Shown piece after piece: positions 33,001 through 43,223 of a DNA stretch of 64,000 nucleotides; position 1 is the first letter of the stretch; each line of letters opens with the position of its first letter. The translations under genes were made by a program, and so were the position numbers. The DNA is from an uncultured virus (IMG/VR IMGVR_UViG_3300015608_001493). Lineage: Duplodnaviria > Heunggongvirae > Uroviricota > Caudoviricetes. The stretch lies in IMG/VR virus record IMGVR_UViG_3300015608_001493. One strand, given 5' to 3'. The notes beneath the pieces are model-generated. The model had not been told where the DNA came from, did no database searches, and saw only the letters and a list, made by a program, of their open reading frames with translations.

Positions 33001-33541
33001 TTATAGAGTTCGTAGTTCTGGTTGGCGGTACAAAAACACTAAGTCTAAACTAGATATCATTCTTCCACACCAAACTTATGTGTACTTTACTGATATAGAC
33101 TCGTCTTATATTGAGCAGTTATTTTCTTGGAATTTAGATTGGGTTGTCCCAATCTGGGTGTCGGAAAAAAATGTTAATAAAATTACTCAAAAGAACATAA
33201 TGTCTTTTGAAAATTTCTTGTTATCAGATGCTTTTCAAAAATTTGAATTTCGTCGTAGACAAAACTCAATACTAAATTCAACATATTATACTATTCGAAA
33301 CAGTTATTGCAATCATTCAAAGTGGTATCAGCAAGTTATACAATCGTTAAATGTGCCGAGTTCTCGGACAGGTTATGTGGAATTAAACGAAAAGTATACT
33401 AACCTACTCAGCATTACTCAAAAATATTGTGATGATTTACTTAGTCGAACGACTCATCTTAGACCTGAAACAAATATAAAGCACACAATTTTAGTTAATA
33501 ATAGATTAAAAAAATATCAAAAACATGAAACTGGCGTATAG
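30052..33541 (+). CDS. rIIA: rIIA-like GHKL ATPase; spliced, exons 30052-30204 and 31709-33541 (~661 aa)
   Basis: Exon 1 (absent from the ORF track) ends LYKNPIRAIIQELV. Splicing yields ELV|SNMIDA, followed by DYGVG and GHFGLGSKAP. Confidence 0.85.
30205..31708 (+). mobile_element. group I intron in rIIA, LAGLIDADG ORF in L1
   Basis: P1 CGTT/GACG plus TATTTCACT (30212)/AGTGAAATA (31453) encloses the ORF; core 31470-31708 has P3 TAGGGTG/CGCCCTA and P7 GCATA/TATGC; terminal G. Confidence 0.87.
30289..31488 (+). CDS. intron-encoded LAGLIDADG endonuclease with an N-terminal excisionase-like HTH
   Basis: YLTIKEIAKKF HTH; YLLGFFAADG and FIRGYFDGDG. Confidence 0.9.
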   Translation: MESYLTIKEIAKKFNRSESSVRNTIYNRQLVSYQKIGHTVLIKESDFTDYIEKHGVEPITEQEVENWYKDFQDGMSISDILKKYKRDGRTISKTLKQKYKVNTQDYHRKRSPEEKEILSKMRNTYLEDENISISKVLKMYNYTNTEAFVNYLKRTGEKIKSTGEVLSFVSQPFFFSNIDSEIKAYLLGFFAADGHIEEEGALKISVQLDDAHIVILFNKHLCGGKSKIRCKDNMVYFSCRHQQIRKDIYALGFNHKKTYDWKNLPSIPENMYPHFIRGYFDGDGSIMVNRRRTGNTLAGYNKKFALSCYNKTILEQVMKKIGVAKYKIRETIKENFKIRDSKIKKASGNLLEVFDTVDLKIIHSYLYSNATYFFKRKKDKFDLAILSTSEIDDALQGNL

Positions 33542-34688
33542 TCCTCCAACTCTTACTCTAATATTTGAGGATAAAATCCTTCAACAAGAAGTTAACACTG
33601 AAACAGTAAAACTTTTTATTGAAAACGAGTTTACTTATGAAGAAGCACTTGCGATTCTGTTTCCAGAGTTGGCTAAGGAAAAAGAAAAAGAAAAAGAACT
33701 TCTAAAAATAGAAACTGATGACAGGTTTTATTTTAAGGATTACGCTCTTTATCGTAAAGGAATTGATTTGAGTATTCCAAAATATCTTGCCGAAGATATT
33801 GCTATCTGTATTGATAGTAAAGAAACAGCAAGAAAGAATCTCGATGATGTTAACTATGCTTATTGGGACAACGTTCTCAATAAGTTGGATAACTTTTGGA
33901 AATGGACTTCTCTTATTCGCTCCGCATCCTCACGAGAATCATTTTATGCGTATGCTGTGGCAAACAAAATGATTATCACGAACGAAGGAATGTGTATTGC
34001 TTTTAGACGCGCTCAGTCACTAGTAGACCCCAGTCTGCGAGAGTTTGCTATTGCTACGTATACTAAACGGGCAAAAAATAAAAAATTTACCAATGTTAAT
34101 GTATATCAAGACACAGACGGAGATTATTCAATACAAAAATCTAACAGCCCTAATGATATTGAGTTTCGCTTTGTAGGAAACCTTCGTGATTTGTATCAAA
34201 AGAGTAACACCTTCCAAAGTAGAACATCTGGTTCAAATGGACATCTTTTTTACACAATTGGTGAGGAAACCCGAGAAGATATAAACAATGTAGATTGGAG
34301 TGATGCTGAATGTTCACGTGGAATACATATCTCAAACGGAGGTTATAATTTTAAAGGTTATGGTGACACACCTCTTGCTGTACTTTTCAACCCTATGGAT
34401 GTAGTTTACTGTCCATATTCTGACCACAGTAAGATGCGAGTAATGGCAATTACTCCAATTGCCGTTCTTGAAGATGATTGTCAGTTTACTTTTACAGACA
34501 AATATCAAAAGTATGTCTCAGAACTAGTATCGGATTCAGTTAACTACTTAAACACTTTGTTAAATAACGCTAATTTTGAAGATATTACTATTAACAAGGT
34601 ATTGAGTAATGATCAGGCGGTTAACATTTTGAATGTCATTGTAGACGATAACAAAGATTTAATCAAAAAACGGAATGTCCGACTTTAA
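33525..34688 (+). CDS. rIIB: rIIB-like protein
   Basis: Follows rIIA; ITNEG.CIAFR, ECSRGIH, NPMDVV..P...SKMRV motifs. Confidence 0.8.
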   Translation: MKLAYSPPTLTLIFEDKILQQEVNTETVKLFIENEFTYEEALAILFPELAKEKEKEKELLKIETDDRFYFKDYALYRKGIDLSIPKYLAEDIAICIDSKETARKNLDDVNYAYWDNVLNKLDNFWKWTSLIRSASSRESFYAYAVANKMIITNEGMCIAFRRAQSLVDPSLREFAIATYTKRAKNKKFTNVNVYQDTDGDYSIQKSNSPNDIEFRFVGNLRDLYQKSNTFQSRTSGSNGHLFYTIGEETREDINNVDWSDAECSRGIHISNGGYNFKGYGDTPLAVLFNPMDVVYCPYSDHSKMRVMAITPIAVLEDDCQFTFTDKYQKYVSELVSDSVNYLNTLLNNANFEDITINKVLSNDQAVNILNVIVDDNKDLIKKRNVRL

Positions 34689-35247
34689 TAAAATCGTAAA
34701 CAACATTGAGCGTGGAGTAGAACAACTCCACGCTCACCATTTTCAGCAAGGTGCTCGTTGGTATCCATCAGCCCAAGAGTTTTGTCAGCAACTTGCAACA
34801 GATTATAACAAAAACCTACGTCAAGTCGTAGGTATATGTTCTGCTTTATCTCCTATGAAAGAATGGGAACTAAATAAAAGAATGACAGAACAGTTTTTAA
34901 TTGAACAAAAATGTGGTACTTTCCCAAATCAAATAGATAAAAGTTTAAAACTTTTAGACTTGGTAATCAATGATCTTACACCAGATAAATCTGATAAGTA
35001 TATTATGACTATTTTAAATGGTCGTAAGACGCAAAGTTTTTACCACAATATTATGTATCCTGATACCTCGCAATATGTTACAGTAGATAGACATATGATG
35101 AAACTTTTTCCTGATCACTGGTCTTGGGTTATTAGTGATCGTAAATATCGAATTACAGAAGAAGCCTTTCAATATGTAGCATCTAACTTAAAGATGATCC
35201 CTTGTGCGTTACAAGCAACATTGTGGGTAAAATTTAGAGAAAAATGA
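34675..35247 (+). CDS. putative DNA glycosylase-like helical protein (DUF7178-like)
   Basis: WY, SALSP..W..N, G.KT.SF, VTVDRH, LQATLW. Confidence 0.55.
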   Translation: MSDFNKIVNNIERGVEQLHAHHFQQGARWYPSAQEFCQQLATDYNKNLRQVVGICSALSPMKEWELNKRMTEQFLIEQKCGTFPNQIDKSLKLLDLVINDLTPDKSDKYIMTILNGRKTQSFYHNIMYPDTSQYVTVDRHMMKLFPDHWSWVISDRKYRITEEAFQYVASNLKMIPCALQATLWVKFREK

Positions 35248-35512
35248 TAAAACAAGAAGTTTATTTTATTGAAGATTTTGAGTTGGAAGAGTTGTTTGAT
35301 AACATATTAACCTGCACGGAAAGACTTACGATCTTGCCGCAGATTTTGAAGCATCTAATGATTCGCTTCACCGAGTTAATATAGATGCCGAGGATATAGA
35401 AGGTCATTTTATTGATTTTGTTGGCGGGTTTACCACAAAAGATTTAATGATTGAACTTGCAATGAAAGGAGTGATTCCTTTTGGGACTTATATAATTGAA
35501 TTTTGTTGGTAA
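35244..35512 (+). pseudogene. ~89 aa ORF split by a missing A near 35301
   Basis: GAT AA- CAT ATT: one added base gives a continuous ORF that fills the gap. Confidence 0.5.
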
Positions 35513-35590
35513 TAGACATTTGACTAAAAATGAAAATAAGTTATAATGAAATTCATATCAAGTGTCTATACCTGAAACAAAAACAGAATC

Positions 35591-35983
35591 ATGCAAGACT
35601 TAGTTATTAAGGGAACAAAACAAACCCGAGACGGAAAACCCACAATCAGTTTCTCAAAAACTGATTATTTAGAATGGTTAGAAGAGTTTGAAGATGGACA
35701 TGAAATAGTAATTACTTTGTCCGATAAAAGATCAAAAAATCAAAACGCTTTGTTTCATAAATGGGTTACTATTCTGAGTAGTGAAATAGGGTACGATTTT
35801 GACTCTATGAAGGCTTGGCTTGTGTGTAAATTTTTTGGATGTAAAGAGGAAGAAATAGACGGAAAAGTTTATACTATTCCAATTAGTACCTCAAAACTAA
35901 ATAAGAAACAGTTTGCAGAAGGTATGACAAACTTGTATCTTTGGGCTTCTGAACAAGGTTTTATTTTACCAAACACTGATTAA
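35591..35983 (+). CDS. NinB/Orf-like recombination protein
   Basis: RSKNQNALFHKW, STSKLNKKQF, G.ILP. Confidence 0.75.
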   Translation: MQDLVIKGTKQTRDGKPTISFSKTDYLEWLEEFEDGHEIVITLSDKRSKNQNALFHKWVTILSSEIGYDFDSMKAWLVCKFFGCKEEEIDGKVYTIPISTSKLNKKQFAEGMTNLYLWASEQGFILPNTD

Positions 35984-36349
35984 AAATGCAATTTATTAAA
36001 TTTAAGAAAGAGAACGAACGATCTTATCTAACCTATTGGGTTCCAGTCGCACAATACAATTACAATATGATATGTCATATTGTACGTAAACCTGAAGAAA
36101 CATCTGATAAAGAAAACGATGAGCAAAAAGAGGAAAAAACAAAAGAGCGCAACGAGGCTCTTATTTTTGAAACAGGTGTTCTTGTAACTATTTCGCATCA
36201 AGTGTTAAAAGAACGAAAGATTCAACAAGGAGGTAAGATTCTCAAAGAGGTATATGATCAGACTACCTCTCAGGAACCCTATCAGGTGGTTGTGAATGAA
36301 CCAGAAGATATTGCTCGTTTGGTTCAATGGTTGAACGAAAGTACAATCA

Positions 36350-36952
36350 GTGAATAAGAAGCCTGTAAAGTTAAAAATCTGCACAGAGTGTAAAAAGGGT
36401 TTTCCATCTCTATGGAAAACCCGCACTCTTAATGGAAAAAAACAGTCCTTCTGTCAGACTTGTTGGGCTAAGATAGACCGTAAACTCACCAAAGAAAAAA
36501 AAGAGAAGGTAAAAGAACGTAACCGAATTAAAAAGGAGCGTAAAAGAAAAAGTTTACCTTATCTGACAAAACAATTGGATACTATTTTTTCTCAGTATAT
36601 TCGATTAAGAGATAGTGACGATAGAGGTTTTGCTCTTTGTATTGACGGTTGTGGTCAAAAACATTTCTGGAAATCTATGGACTGTGGACACTTTGCAAGT
36701 CGTAGATGTATGTCTACTCGCTGGCATGAGCAAAATTGTGCGGCACAGACTAAGGCTTGTAATGGTCCAATTGGTTTAGGAAGACAATATGAGTTTGGTA
36801 AAGGACTTGATCTAAGGTTTGGAGAAGGTACAGCAGACGAGATGATTGCTCTTTCAAAGATAGACAAAAAATGGTTTCCTGATGAATTGGAAAAACTTAT
36901 TGAATACTATACTGAAAAGGTACATGAACTATTTAAATTAAAATCGTTATGA
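36350..36952 (+). CDS. NinG/Rap-like endonuclease
   Basis: FSQYIRLRD, CIDGC, MDCGHF.SR, RWHEQNC.AQ. Confidence 0.85.
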   Translation: MNKKPVKLKICTECKKGFPSLWKTRTLNGKKQSFCQTCWAKIDRKLTKEKKEKVKERNRIKKERKRKSLPYLTKQLDTIFSQYIRLRDSDDRGFALCIDGCGQKHFWKSMDCGHFASRRCMSTRWHEQNCAAQTKACNGPIGLGRQYEFGKGLDLRFGEGTADEMIALSKIDKKWFPDELEKLIEYYTEKVHELFKLKSL

Positions 36953-37497
36953 CGTTAAATCAATATCAACTATTAGCAAAAAGAACTTGTCCGAGTCTTT
37001 TTGCTACATCACCATTGGGCGCATATTTAGATTCTGCTCACATGCTTTATGGGATGATGAGTGAAATTCCAGAGTTACTTGCCGCCTTGGATAAAGATGA
37101 TAAGGTAAACATTCAAGAAGAACTCTCAGATATAGTATGGTATTTGGCTAATTACTGCACATTTAATAATATCAGTTTGAATGACCTCTCCACAGTTGAA
37201 TACGCCAATATTCCTAGGGGTACTCATGTGGAAAAAATCACATACTGGATTGGCGAACTTGCAGATTTAGAGAAAAAACAGATGGCTTATGGTAAATCAT
37301 TTTCTGTGGAAAAACAAACAGATGTTCTACAAAACCTTTTCTTTTGGGTTACAGGAATGTTTGTCCTCTCAGGATTAAACATGTTCGAAGGATTGGAAAA
37401 AAACATTAATAAACTTAAGGTTCGTTTTCCAGAAAAGTTTGATGCTGAAAAGGCTATTAATCGAGATTTAGAAAACGAACGTAAACAACTTGAATAA
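36949..37497 (+). CDS. MazG-like nucleotide pyrophosphohydrolase (internally duplicated)
   Basis: SEIPEL..EELSDIVWY; NINKLKVRFPEKF. Confidence 0.85.
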   Translation: MTLNQYQLLAKRTCPSLFATSPLGAYLDSAHMLYGMMSEIPELLAALDKDDKVNIQEELSDIVWYLANYCTFNNISLNDLSTVEYANIPRGTHVEKITYWIGELADLEKKQMAYGKSFSVEKQTDVLQNLFFWVTGMFVLSGLNMFEGLEKNINKLKVRFPEKFDAEKAINRDLENERKQLE

Positions 37498-37785
37498 TGT
37501 ATATATCTCTTTTTTGTGGTAGAACTGATCCTAATCAACGTATGGATGACTGGGGAACCTATGGACCTATAATAGGTCCAGTAAGGTTTGCTATGACGTA
37601 TAACACTCGTAAGGTTTTAAGTGAAGATGGAGATTTAGAGTTCTTTCAAATGTATGACGATCTCATCTATTTTGATGGAGTATTCTATGGGGACATGGAG
37701 TTAATTGACGATCATGATACAATCCTTCGAGCAGTTATTAACCGCGAAAGACTGATAGATTTTGAACTATTTAAAAAAATTAACA

Positions 37786-38154
37786 ATGAGAGACTACTTC
37801 GAGATACCCTCATCAATATCTCCACAGGTATTTCAAGCGGGGATTGAAAAAAGACTTTATGAGATAACAGAACTTTTATCTACCAAAGGGAAAGAATATC
37901 AACGTGATAATAACCCTTTTCATAACTTTGAACAAGGGGCGGTGCGTAATGGAGTTCATCCTATTGATGTTTTACGAGGTTTTATGTTAAAACATGAAGT
38001 TTCTGTCGTAGATATCTGTAACGATCTCATAGAGGAAGGTAAAGTTGCTAAACCTGAGCATGTTGCAGAAAAGATTCAAGATATTTTAATCTACTATTTG
38101 ATTCTTGAACAAATGATCAATCACTATTCTCTTCAACAAAAAACAGAAGAATGA
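37786..38154 (+). CDS. nucleotide-modification-associated (Nmad1/DUF1599-like) protein
   Basis: KGKEY...FHNFE...KH...DILIYY. Confidence 0.55.
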   Translation: MRDYFEIPSSISPQVFQAGIEKRLYEITELLSTKGKEYQRDNNPFHNFEQGAVRNGVHPIDVLRGFMLKHEVSVVDICNDLIEEGKVAKPEHVAEKIQDILIYYLILEQMINHYSLQQKTEE

Positions 38155-38864
38155 AAATTGGTGATAAGGTTGTTTTATGTCACACTAACTTTTTTTGGAA
38201 GATTGAAACTACGGCTGGTACCATAGGAGTTATTAAAAATATTATTCCTTCACGTGAGTTTACATTTACTATGTATATTGTTGATTTTCCCGGTGAAGAG
38301 AGTGTGGTTTTAAACGAAGAAGCACTAATGCTTTTAACTGACACTTTAACCGAAGAGGAAAAAGCCCGTCTGCATGATATTGTAACTACATCTCTTACTC
38401 AGATTAATGTAGAAACAAAGGATAAAATTGCAAACAATCTGCTTAAAGAAATTGAAATCTCATATACTAACTTATTAAATTATATCAATGAAAGTCGCAA
38501 TAGACAATAAAACCTTTTGGGTAAAATGGCAGTATGATGATGCCGTAAAAATTAGACTCAAAGATGAATACCCAGTTAAGGTAACAACATGTATAATTGA
38601 AAAAGAAGGTTTTAAAGTTATAAGTGTAGGACATACGCACACAAGTAAAAACGAACGTTTTATAAAAGATACAGGACGTAAAATTTCTCTTGCCAGAGCA
38701 CTTCAAGTTCTTTGGCCAAGTAAAGAAACCTTTATAAAAAACTTGAAAGCCGAAGGAGATCAAAACAATCCTCCTGTTTATCTTATACGTCCTGATAACT
38801 TGGAAGAAACTTGTAAACAAAATAAAGAGATTCGTAAGCAATTCTGGCAAAAATATTTTAACAA

Positions 38865-39059
38865 ATGAATAAGGGGCAAAAAGCAATTGTGTCGTTATTA
38901 AAAAACGACGCTGATCATGGTTACACGGTTCAGCAAATTGCTGAGGCAACTAACTATTCACCTAAAACAGTTAATAGTTATGCTAACCAGTTGGTACAAA
39001 TGAATATATTGATAAAAGCCCGAGTAAAAAAGAATTACTTCTTAATTAATTTAACATGA
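38865..39059 (+). CDS. winged-helix DNA-binding protein
   Basis: TVQQIAEATNYSPKTVNSYANQL. Confidence 0.7.
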   Translation: MNKGQKAIVSLLKNDADHGYTVQQIAEATNYSPKTVNSYANQLVQMNILIKARVKKNYFLINLT

Positions 39060-39370
39060 TTCGTACACTAGTATTTTTATTTCTCCTGATCACAACTGCA
39101 AGTTTTGCACAAACTGACTCAGCCCAGGTACAACTGGATTCCATTGTTCCAATGGGTGAAAAGTTTGACACCATTACTTTTCAAGGTGTGTTGCTTGAAA
39201 ACCCGCTTGTTGTTAAACAGTATCGTCAAATTGTAAAAACACGATACGCAATTGTTAACGGACAAGTTCAACAGCAATACCTCGACTCGTGGTTTGAAAT
39301 GATCACACGGCGCAAATGGGTTCGCATTAAAGCCCAAGCAGATGATTTTATGTTTTCAAAACGCATCTAA
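39056..39370 (+). CDS. secreted protein with signal peptide
   Basis: MIRTLVFLFLLITTASFA|Q, a Bacteroidota-type signal peptide. Confidence 0.55.
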   Translation: MIRTLVFLFLLITTASFAQTDSAQVQLDSIVPMGEKFDTITFQGVLLENPLVVKQYRQIVKTRYAIVNGQVQQQYLDSWFEMITRRKWVRIKAQADDFMFSKRI

Positions 39371-39372
39371 TC

Positions 39373-39402
39373 TGAGGGAGGAGAAATCCTCCCTCATTTT
39401 TT
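39373..39402 (+). terminator. intrinsic terminator
   Basis: TGAGGGAGGA-GAAA-TCCTCCCTCA followed by a T tract. Confidence 0.75.
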
Positions 39403-40137
39403 ATTTATGAAAATCATACATGTTTTTATTTTATCTTGTCTTCAAGGCTCAGTTATACATAGGTACTTCAATTGGAACAAGTAATCAAGTTTTTCAAAGG
39501 GTGCATCTTGAATACAATACCACTAACGTTAGAACGGAAGTGGCTTATTTAACAAACTTTGAAGAACACTATCTTCAATTAAAACTGGGCGGAGGGTTTA
39601 GAAAAGGTGCTTGGGGTTTTTATTGGTATCTTCCATATATGAACTACAAACTTGGCGTAGGTTATAACACTCCTTTTTCTACGGAAGTCTTTTATTCAAA
39701 CTGGTGTTCGTTTAATGTAGATGTGTATAAAGACACTGTAATTCCTTCGATAAGACTTAAACTGTTGGTTGTAAAATGAAATATAAACTTATTAAAGAAT
39801 ATCCTAATTCTCCAAAATTAGGAACGGTTATCTATGAAGCCCATAATACATTATGGGAATATGAACGTCCAAATCACGAGTTTCGACAACTATCTTTACT
39901 AACTGTTCAGAATAGTCCAGAATACTGGAGTCCTGAAACAGAATGGATTTCACAACTTTCAAACTCCCCAAAAGGAAGTTTACACTGGTTAAATACTCTT
40001 TTAGGTAGAGTTGCTCGTATCGGAGAGCATTTAACAAAACAACCTCAAACAACATATCTTACAGAATATGGTAAATGTATCGAGGAAGATGTCAGAGAAG
40101 TAATGGACTATTTTCAAGACAAACTAAAATGAATCTT

Positions 40138-40252
40138 ACACGGAGCACCCGTGTCGGTTCCGACGTTTTTATATAATTGCCAATAACTGTGGCGTTGCCA
40201 TTCGGCAACGCTTAGTCGGCTGTGAAAGGGGGTGCAGGGTTAGCCGCTCACT
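40138..40252. ncRNA. GC-rich structured intergenic element of unknown class
   Basis: Pairings ACACGG/CCGTGT, GCGTTGCC/GGCAACGC, CGGCT/AGCCG and GCACCC/GGGTGC in an AT-rich genome. Confidence 0.4.
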
Positions 40253-40320
40253 ATACAAATAAAATAAAAAATAAAAGGTAAAAAATAGAAATAAATTACC
40301 TCATATATTAAATATAGAAT

Positions 40321-41247
40321 GTGAAACAAGTTGAATTTATTTACGTTGACGGTTTAAACTCAAATTCAAACAAATTCTATCGTATGATTGATACAGAAGA
40401 TGGAAATTTTCGAGTTGAATACGGAAGAATTGGTTTAACTTTAATTACAGAAACCTATCCAATTGGAAAATGGGACTCTAAATACAAAGAGAAGGTTCGA
40501 AAAGGATACAAGGATGTAACTGATCTTAAAATAGAATCCTCGGGTGGTAGTTTTCAATTCAGTTCTACTGATGTAGAACATTTTTATGGAGTCTTTTCTC
40601 GTTACACAACAAACAACGTAAAACAAAACTATACTATTGCGGTAGGCTCTGTGACCAAAGCCATGATTGACGAGGCTCAGCAAATCTTAAATAGTCTAAC
40701 CCAATATCCAAAATTAGACGTGTTTAATAAACATTTGTTGGAACTCTATACTGTTTTACCGCGTAAGATGAAAAACGTAAAAGATTTTCTCCCATCCGTA
40801 GAAGATCAAGGTCAACTTCAAAAACTTATTGCAAAGTTAGTTCCTACTTATGAAGTAAAAACTCTTGAAGAAATTGAGGTATATCACGAACAATTCTTAT
40901 CTTTGGGGTATGAAGGTACTATGATTAGACTTGATCTTGGAGGCTATGAAAACAAGAGAAGTAAGCAACTCTTAAAATACAAATCTTTTCAAGATGATGA
41001 GTTTACTATCTTAGATGTAATTGAAGGAGAAGGAAACAGAAGTGGTATGGCAGGTAAATTAATTTGCGCTCTTCCCAACGGCGGTACTGTTGGAGTTAGT
41101 ATGACTGGTACACAAGAGTTTATGACCAAAGTGCTCAAAGATAAGTCTAAAATTATTGGACTTCAGGCCACAGTAAAATACTTTGGTAAAACAAATGACG
41201 GTAGTTTGCGCTTTCCGGTGTTAAAGAATATAATAAATTATTTTTAG
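40321..41247 (+). CDS. chimera: WGR + partial PARP regulatory domain fused to the C-terminal half of an ATP-dependent DNA ligase
   Basis: NSNKFY..EYGRIG..K.RKGY (WGR); ELYTVLPRKM; GYEGTMIR, LLKYK and LRFP (ligase IV, V, VI). No KxDG motif. Confidence 0.75.
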   Translation: MKQVEFIYVDGLNSNSNKFYRMIDTEDGNFRVEYGRIGLTLITETYPIGKWDSKYKEKVRKGYKDVTDLKIESSGGSFQFSSTDVEHFYGVFSRYTTNNVKQNYTIAVGSVTKAMIDEAQQILNSLTQYPKLDVFNKHLLELYTVLPRKMKNVKDFLPSVEDQGQLQKLIAKLVPTYEVKTLEEIEVYHEQFLSLGYEGTMIRLDLGGYENKRSKQLLKYKSFQDDEFTILDVIEGEGNRSGMAGKLICALPNGGTVGVSMTGTQEFMTKVLKDKSKIIGLQATVKYFGKTNDGSLRFPVLKNIINYF

Positions 41248-41263
41248 TCTTGTAAATAATTCT

Positions 41264-41271
41264 TACCTTTG
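41264..41271 (+). promoter_or_regulatory. Bacteroidota-type -7 promoter element upstream of the GIY-YIG gene
   Basis: TACCTTTG matches TAnnTTTG; -33 element unclear. Confidence 0.35.
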
Positions 41272-41292
41272 TAATAATTAAATTATTTGACG

Positions 41293-42165
41293 ATGAGTAA
41301 GAAAATTTGGACTAAAGAAAAATGTTTAGAAGAAGCATTAAAATATTCTTCTCGAAAGGAACTTCTTAATAACTGTTTAATGGCTTATCATGCTGCGCAA
41401 CGACAAGGATTTTTAGATGAAATTTGTTCACACATGCCTCGTTTAAAACGAAAACTTAATACTTGGACATTTGAAAATTGTAGAAACGAAGCGTTGAAAT
41501 ATAATCATAAACGTGATTTTATAAAAGGTTCTCCGAGTGTATATCAAATTGCAAGAGTTAAGGGGTGGCTAAAAGAAATTTGTACGCACATGAAGCCATT
41601 AAACAGTCTTTATCAAAGAGACGTATATTGTATTCGATCTACTATAAGTGAAGATATATACATAGGATTATCAGTAAATGCTGAATATAGATATTCCGAT
41701 CATCTACGAAAACCCGCCAAAAAGGTGGCAGCATTATTAAAGATACCTCACATATTAGAAGTCTTAGACAAAAAGTTGTTACCAGATGAAGCAGCCGAAA
41801 AAGAAAAATATTACATTCAAATGTATAAAGATTTAGGTTATACAGTTTTAAATACCACAAAAGGAGGAGAACTTGGAAAACATGATTCCAAGTGGAATTA
41901 CGAAACCATTAAAAATGCTGTGAATACCATTAAAACTCGAACAGAGTTTCATAAAACGTATCCGGGAGCAGCAAACGTTGCATCTAAAAAAGGTTGGTTA
42001 GAAGAATTATTAAAACCTCTTCCTAATAAAAACGAACCTGAAATAAACTTCTTTGGGCATTTATATACGATATCTGAAATTTCTAAACAACTAAATATCT
42101 CACGTAAAAAATTATATCAAAGGTATAAAAGTGGTAAGCGAAATTTTGATTTAATAAAACCTTAA
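41293..42165 (+). CDS. free-standing GIY-YIG homing endonuclease with helical repeats
   Basis: DVYCI...IYIGLS, EKYYI, LNTTKGG; repeated WTKEKC/WTFENC/WNYETI modules. Confidence 0.85.
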   Translation: MSKKIWTKEKCLEEALKYSSRKELLNNCLMAYHAAQRQGFLDEICSHMPRLKRKLNTWTFENCRNEALKYNHKRDFIKGSPSVYQIARVKGWLKEICTHMKPLNSLYQRDVYCIRSTISEDIYIGLSVNAEYRYSDHLRKPAKKVAALLKIPHILEVLDKKLLPDEAAEKEKYYIQMYKDLGYTVLNTTKGGELGKHDSKWNYETIKNAVNTIKTRTEFHKTYPGAANVASKKGWLEELLKPLPNKNEPEINFFGHLYTISEISKQLNISRKKLYQRYKSGKRNFDLIKP

Positions 42166-42167
42166 TT

Positions 42168-42230
42168 ATGGTAACAAAATCAAAAGATTCTTTACGTTTT
42201 CCAACATTAAAAACAATTATAAACTATTAA
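42168..42230 (+). pseudogene. displaced duplicate of the ligase C-terminus (MVTKSKDSLRFPTLKTIINY)
   Basis: Matches GSLRFPVLKNIINYF at the end of 40321-41247. Confidence 0.8.
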
Positions 42231-43223
42231 TTATGCTACAACAAGCAGATGTAAAAATTGCCGAACTTGAATTGGCAAAATGGTTCACTACTAAAATGTC
42301 AGTGACAACACTTGATTTTAAAAACCATCTTCGAGATAAACATCCTGGTTTTTATTGGAGTCAAGTTTGGGTTTCTCGCTTTTTATATGAGCAAGGTTTA
42401 CCCTTCTCAGATAACGGGGTATTTCGCACTTACTACTCTCCAAACAATGGTTTTCAAACTTTAAAGTTTGAAGAAAAGTTTGAAGAAGTTGTTAGTGACC
42501 TGGAAGCAAACAATTTACCTATCACTAAAAAGGCTATTAAAAAAAGACTTGTTACCTTAGGGTTTACTTATGGTGAAAACTATGACAAGTCTCAGTTCAA
42601 TATAACTTTTGAAAATAGCAACCTTGTTCCAACAGGAACGTTTACAACAGAGAACCATAAAATTTATGTTCGAGTAAACAACGGTCAACATTACTCAAAT
42701 AGTAAAGGAAGCGTTGTTCTAATTCGAGATATGCACCCAAAGCATATTGAAAACTCAATTCGAAAAAAATATCCACGAATTGACCCTGATGTTTTGTTTG
42801 ATCAGAATAGTGAACTCTTTTACTTACTTCAAAACTATTTTCTTGCTCCTGTTCGGCAAACATTAAGTTCAATATGAAAACAATTCTAACAGTTTTATTC
42901 TTAGGGTTTGGGCGGTCTGTATTTTCACAGACCACCATCCCTGTTTCTTCTTGGGAATCTACCAAAAGACATGAGGCTTACAAGTGTACTGCTAAACTTG
43001 ATGAGTGGGCGCGATGGAGAGAGACTGAAACATTGATTGAAGTTTCTAACGATAAGATTGTGGTTAAAGAAATTGATGGTGTAGAACTACATCTGAAATA
43101 TGATAAGGCTATAACTAATCAAAATGGAGTACAGTTTTTTATGTACGATGAAGCAACTCGAATGACTGTTTCCTTACCAATTATTACAGTTTTTGAAAAT
43201 CACTATAAGTGTGAACTACAACT

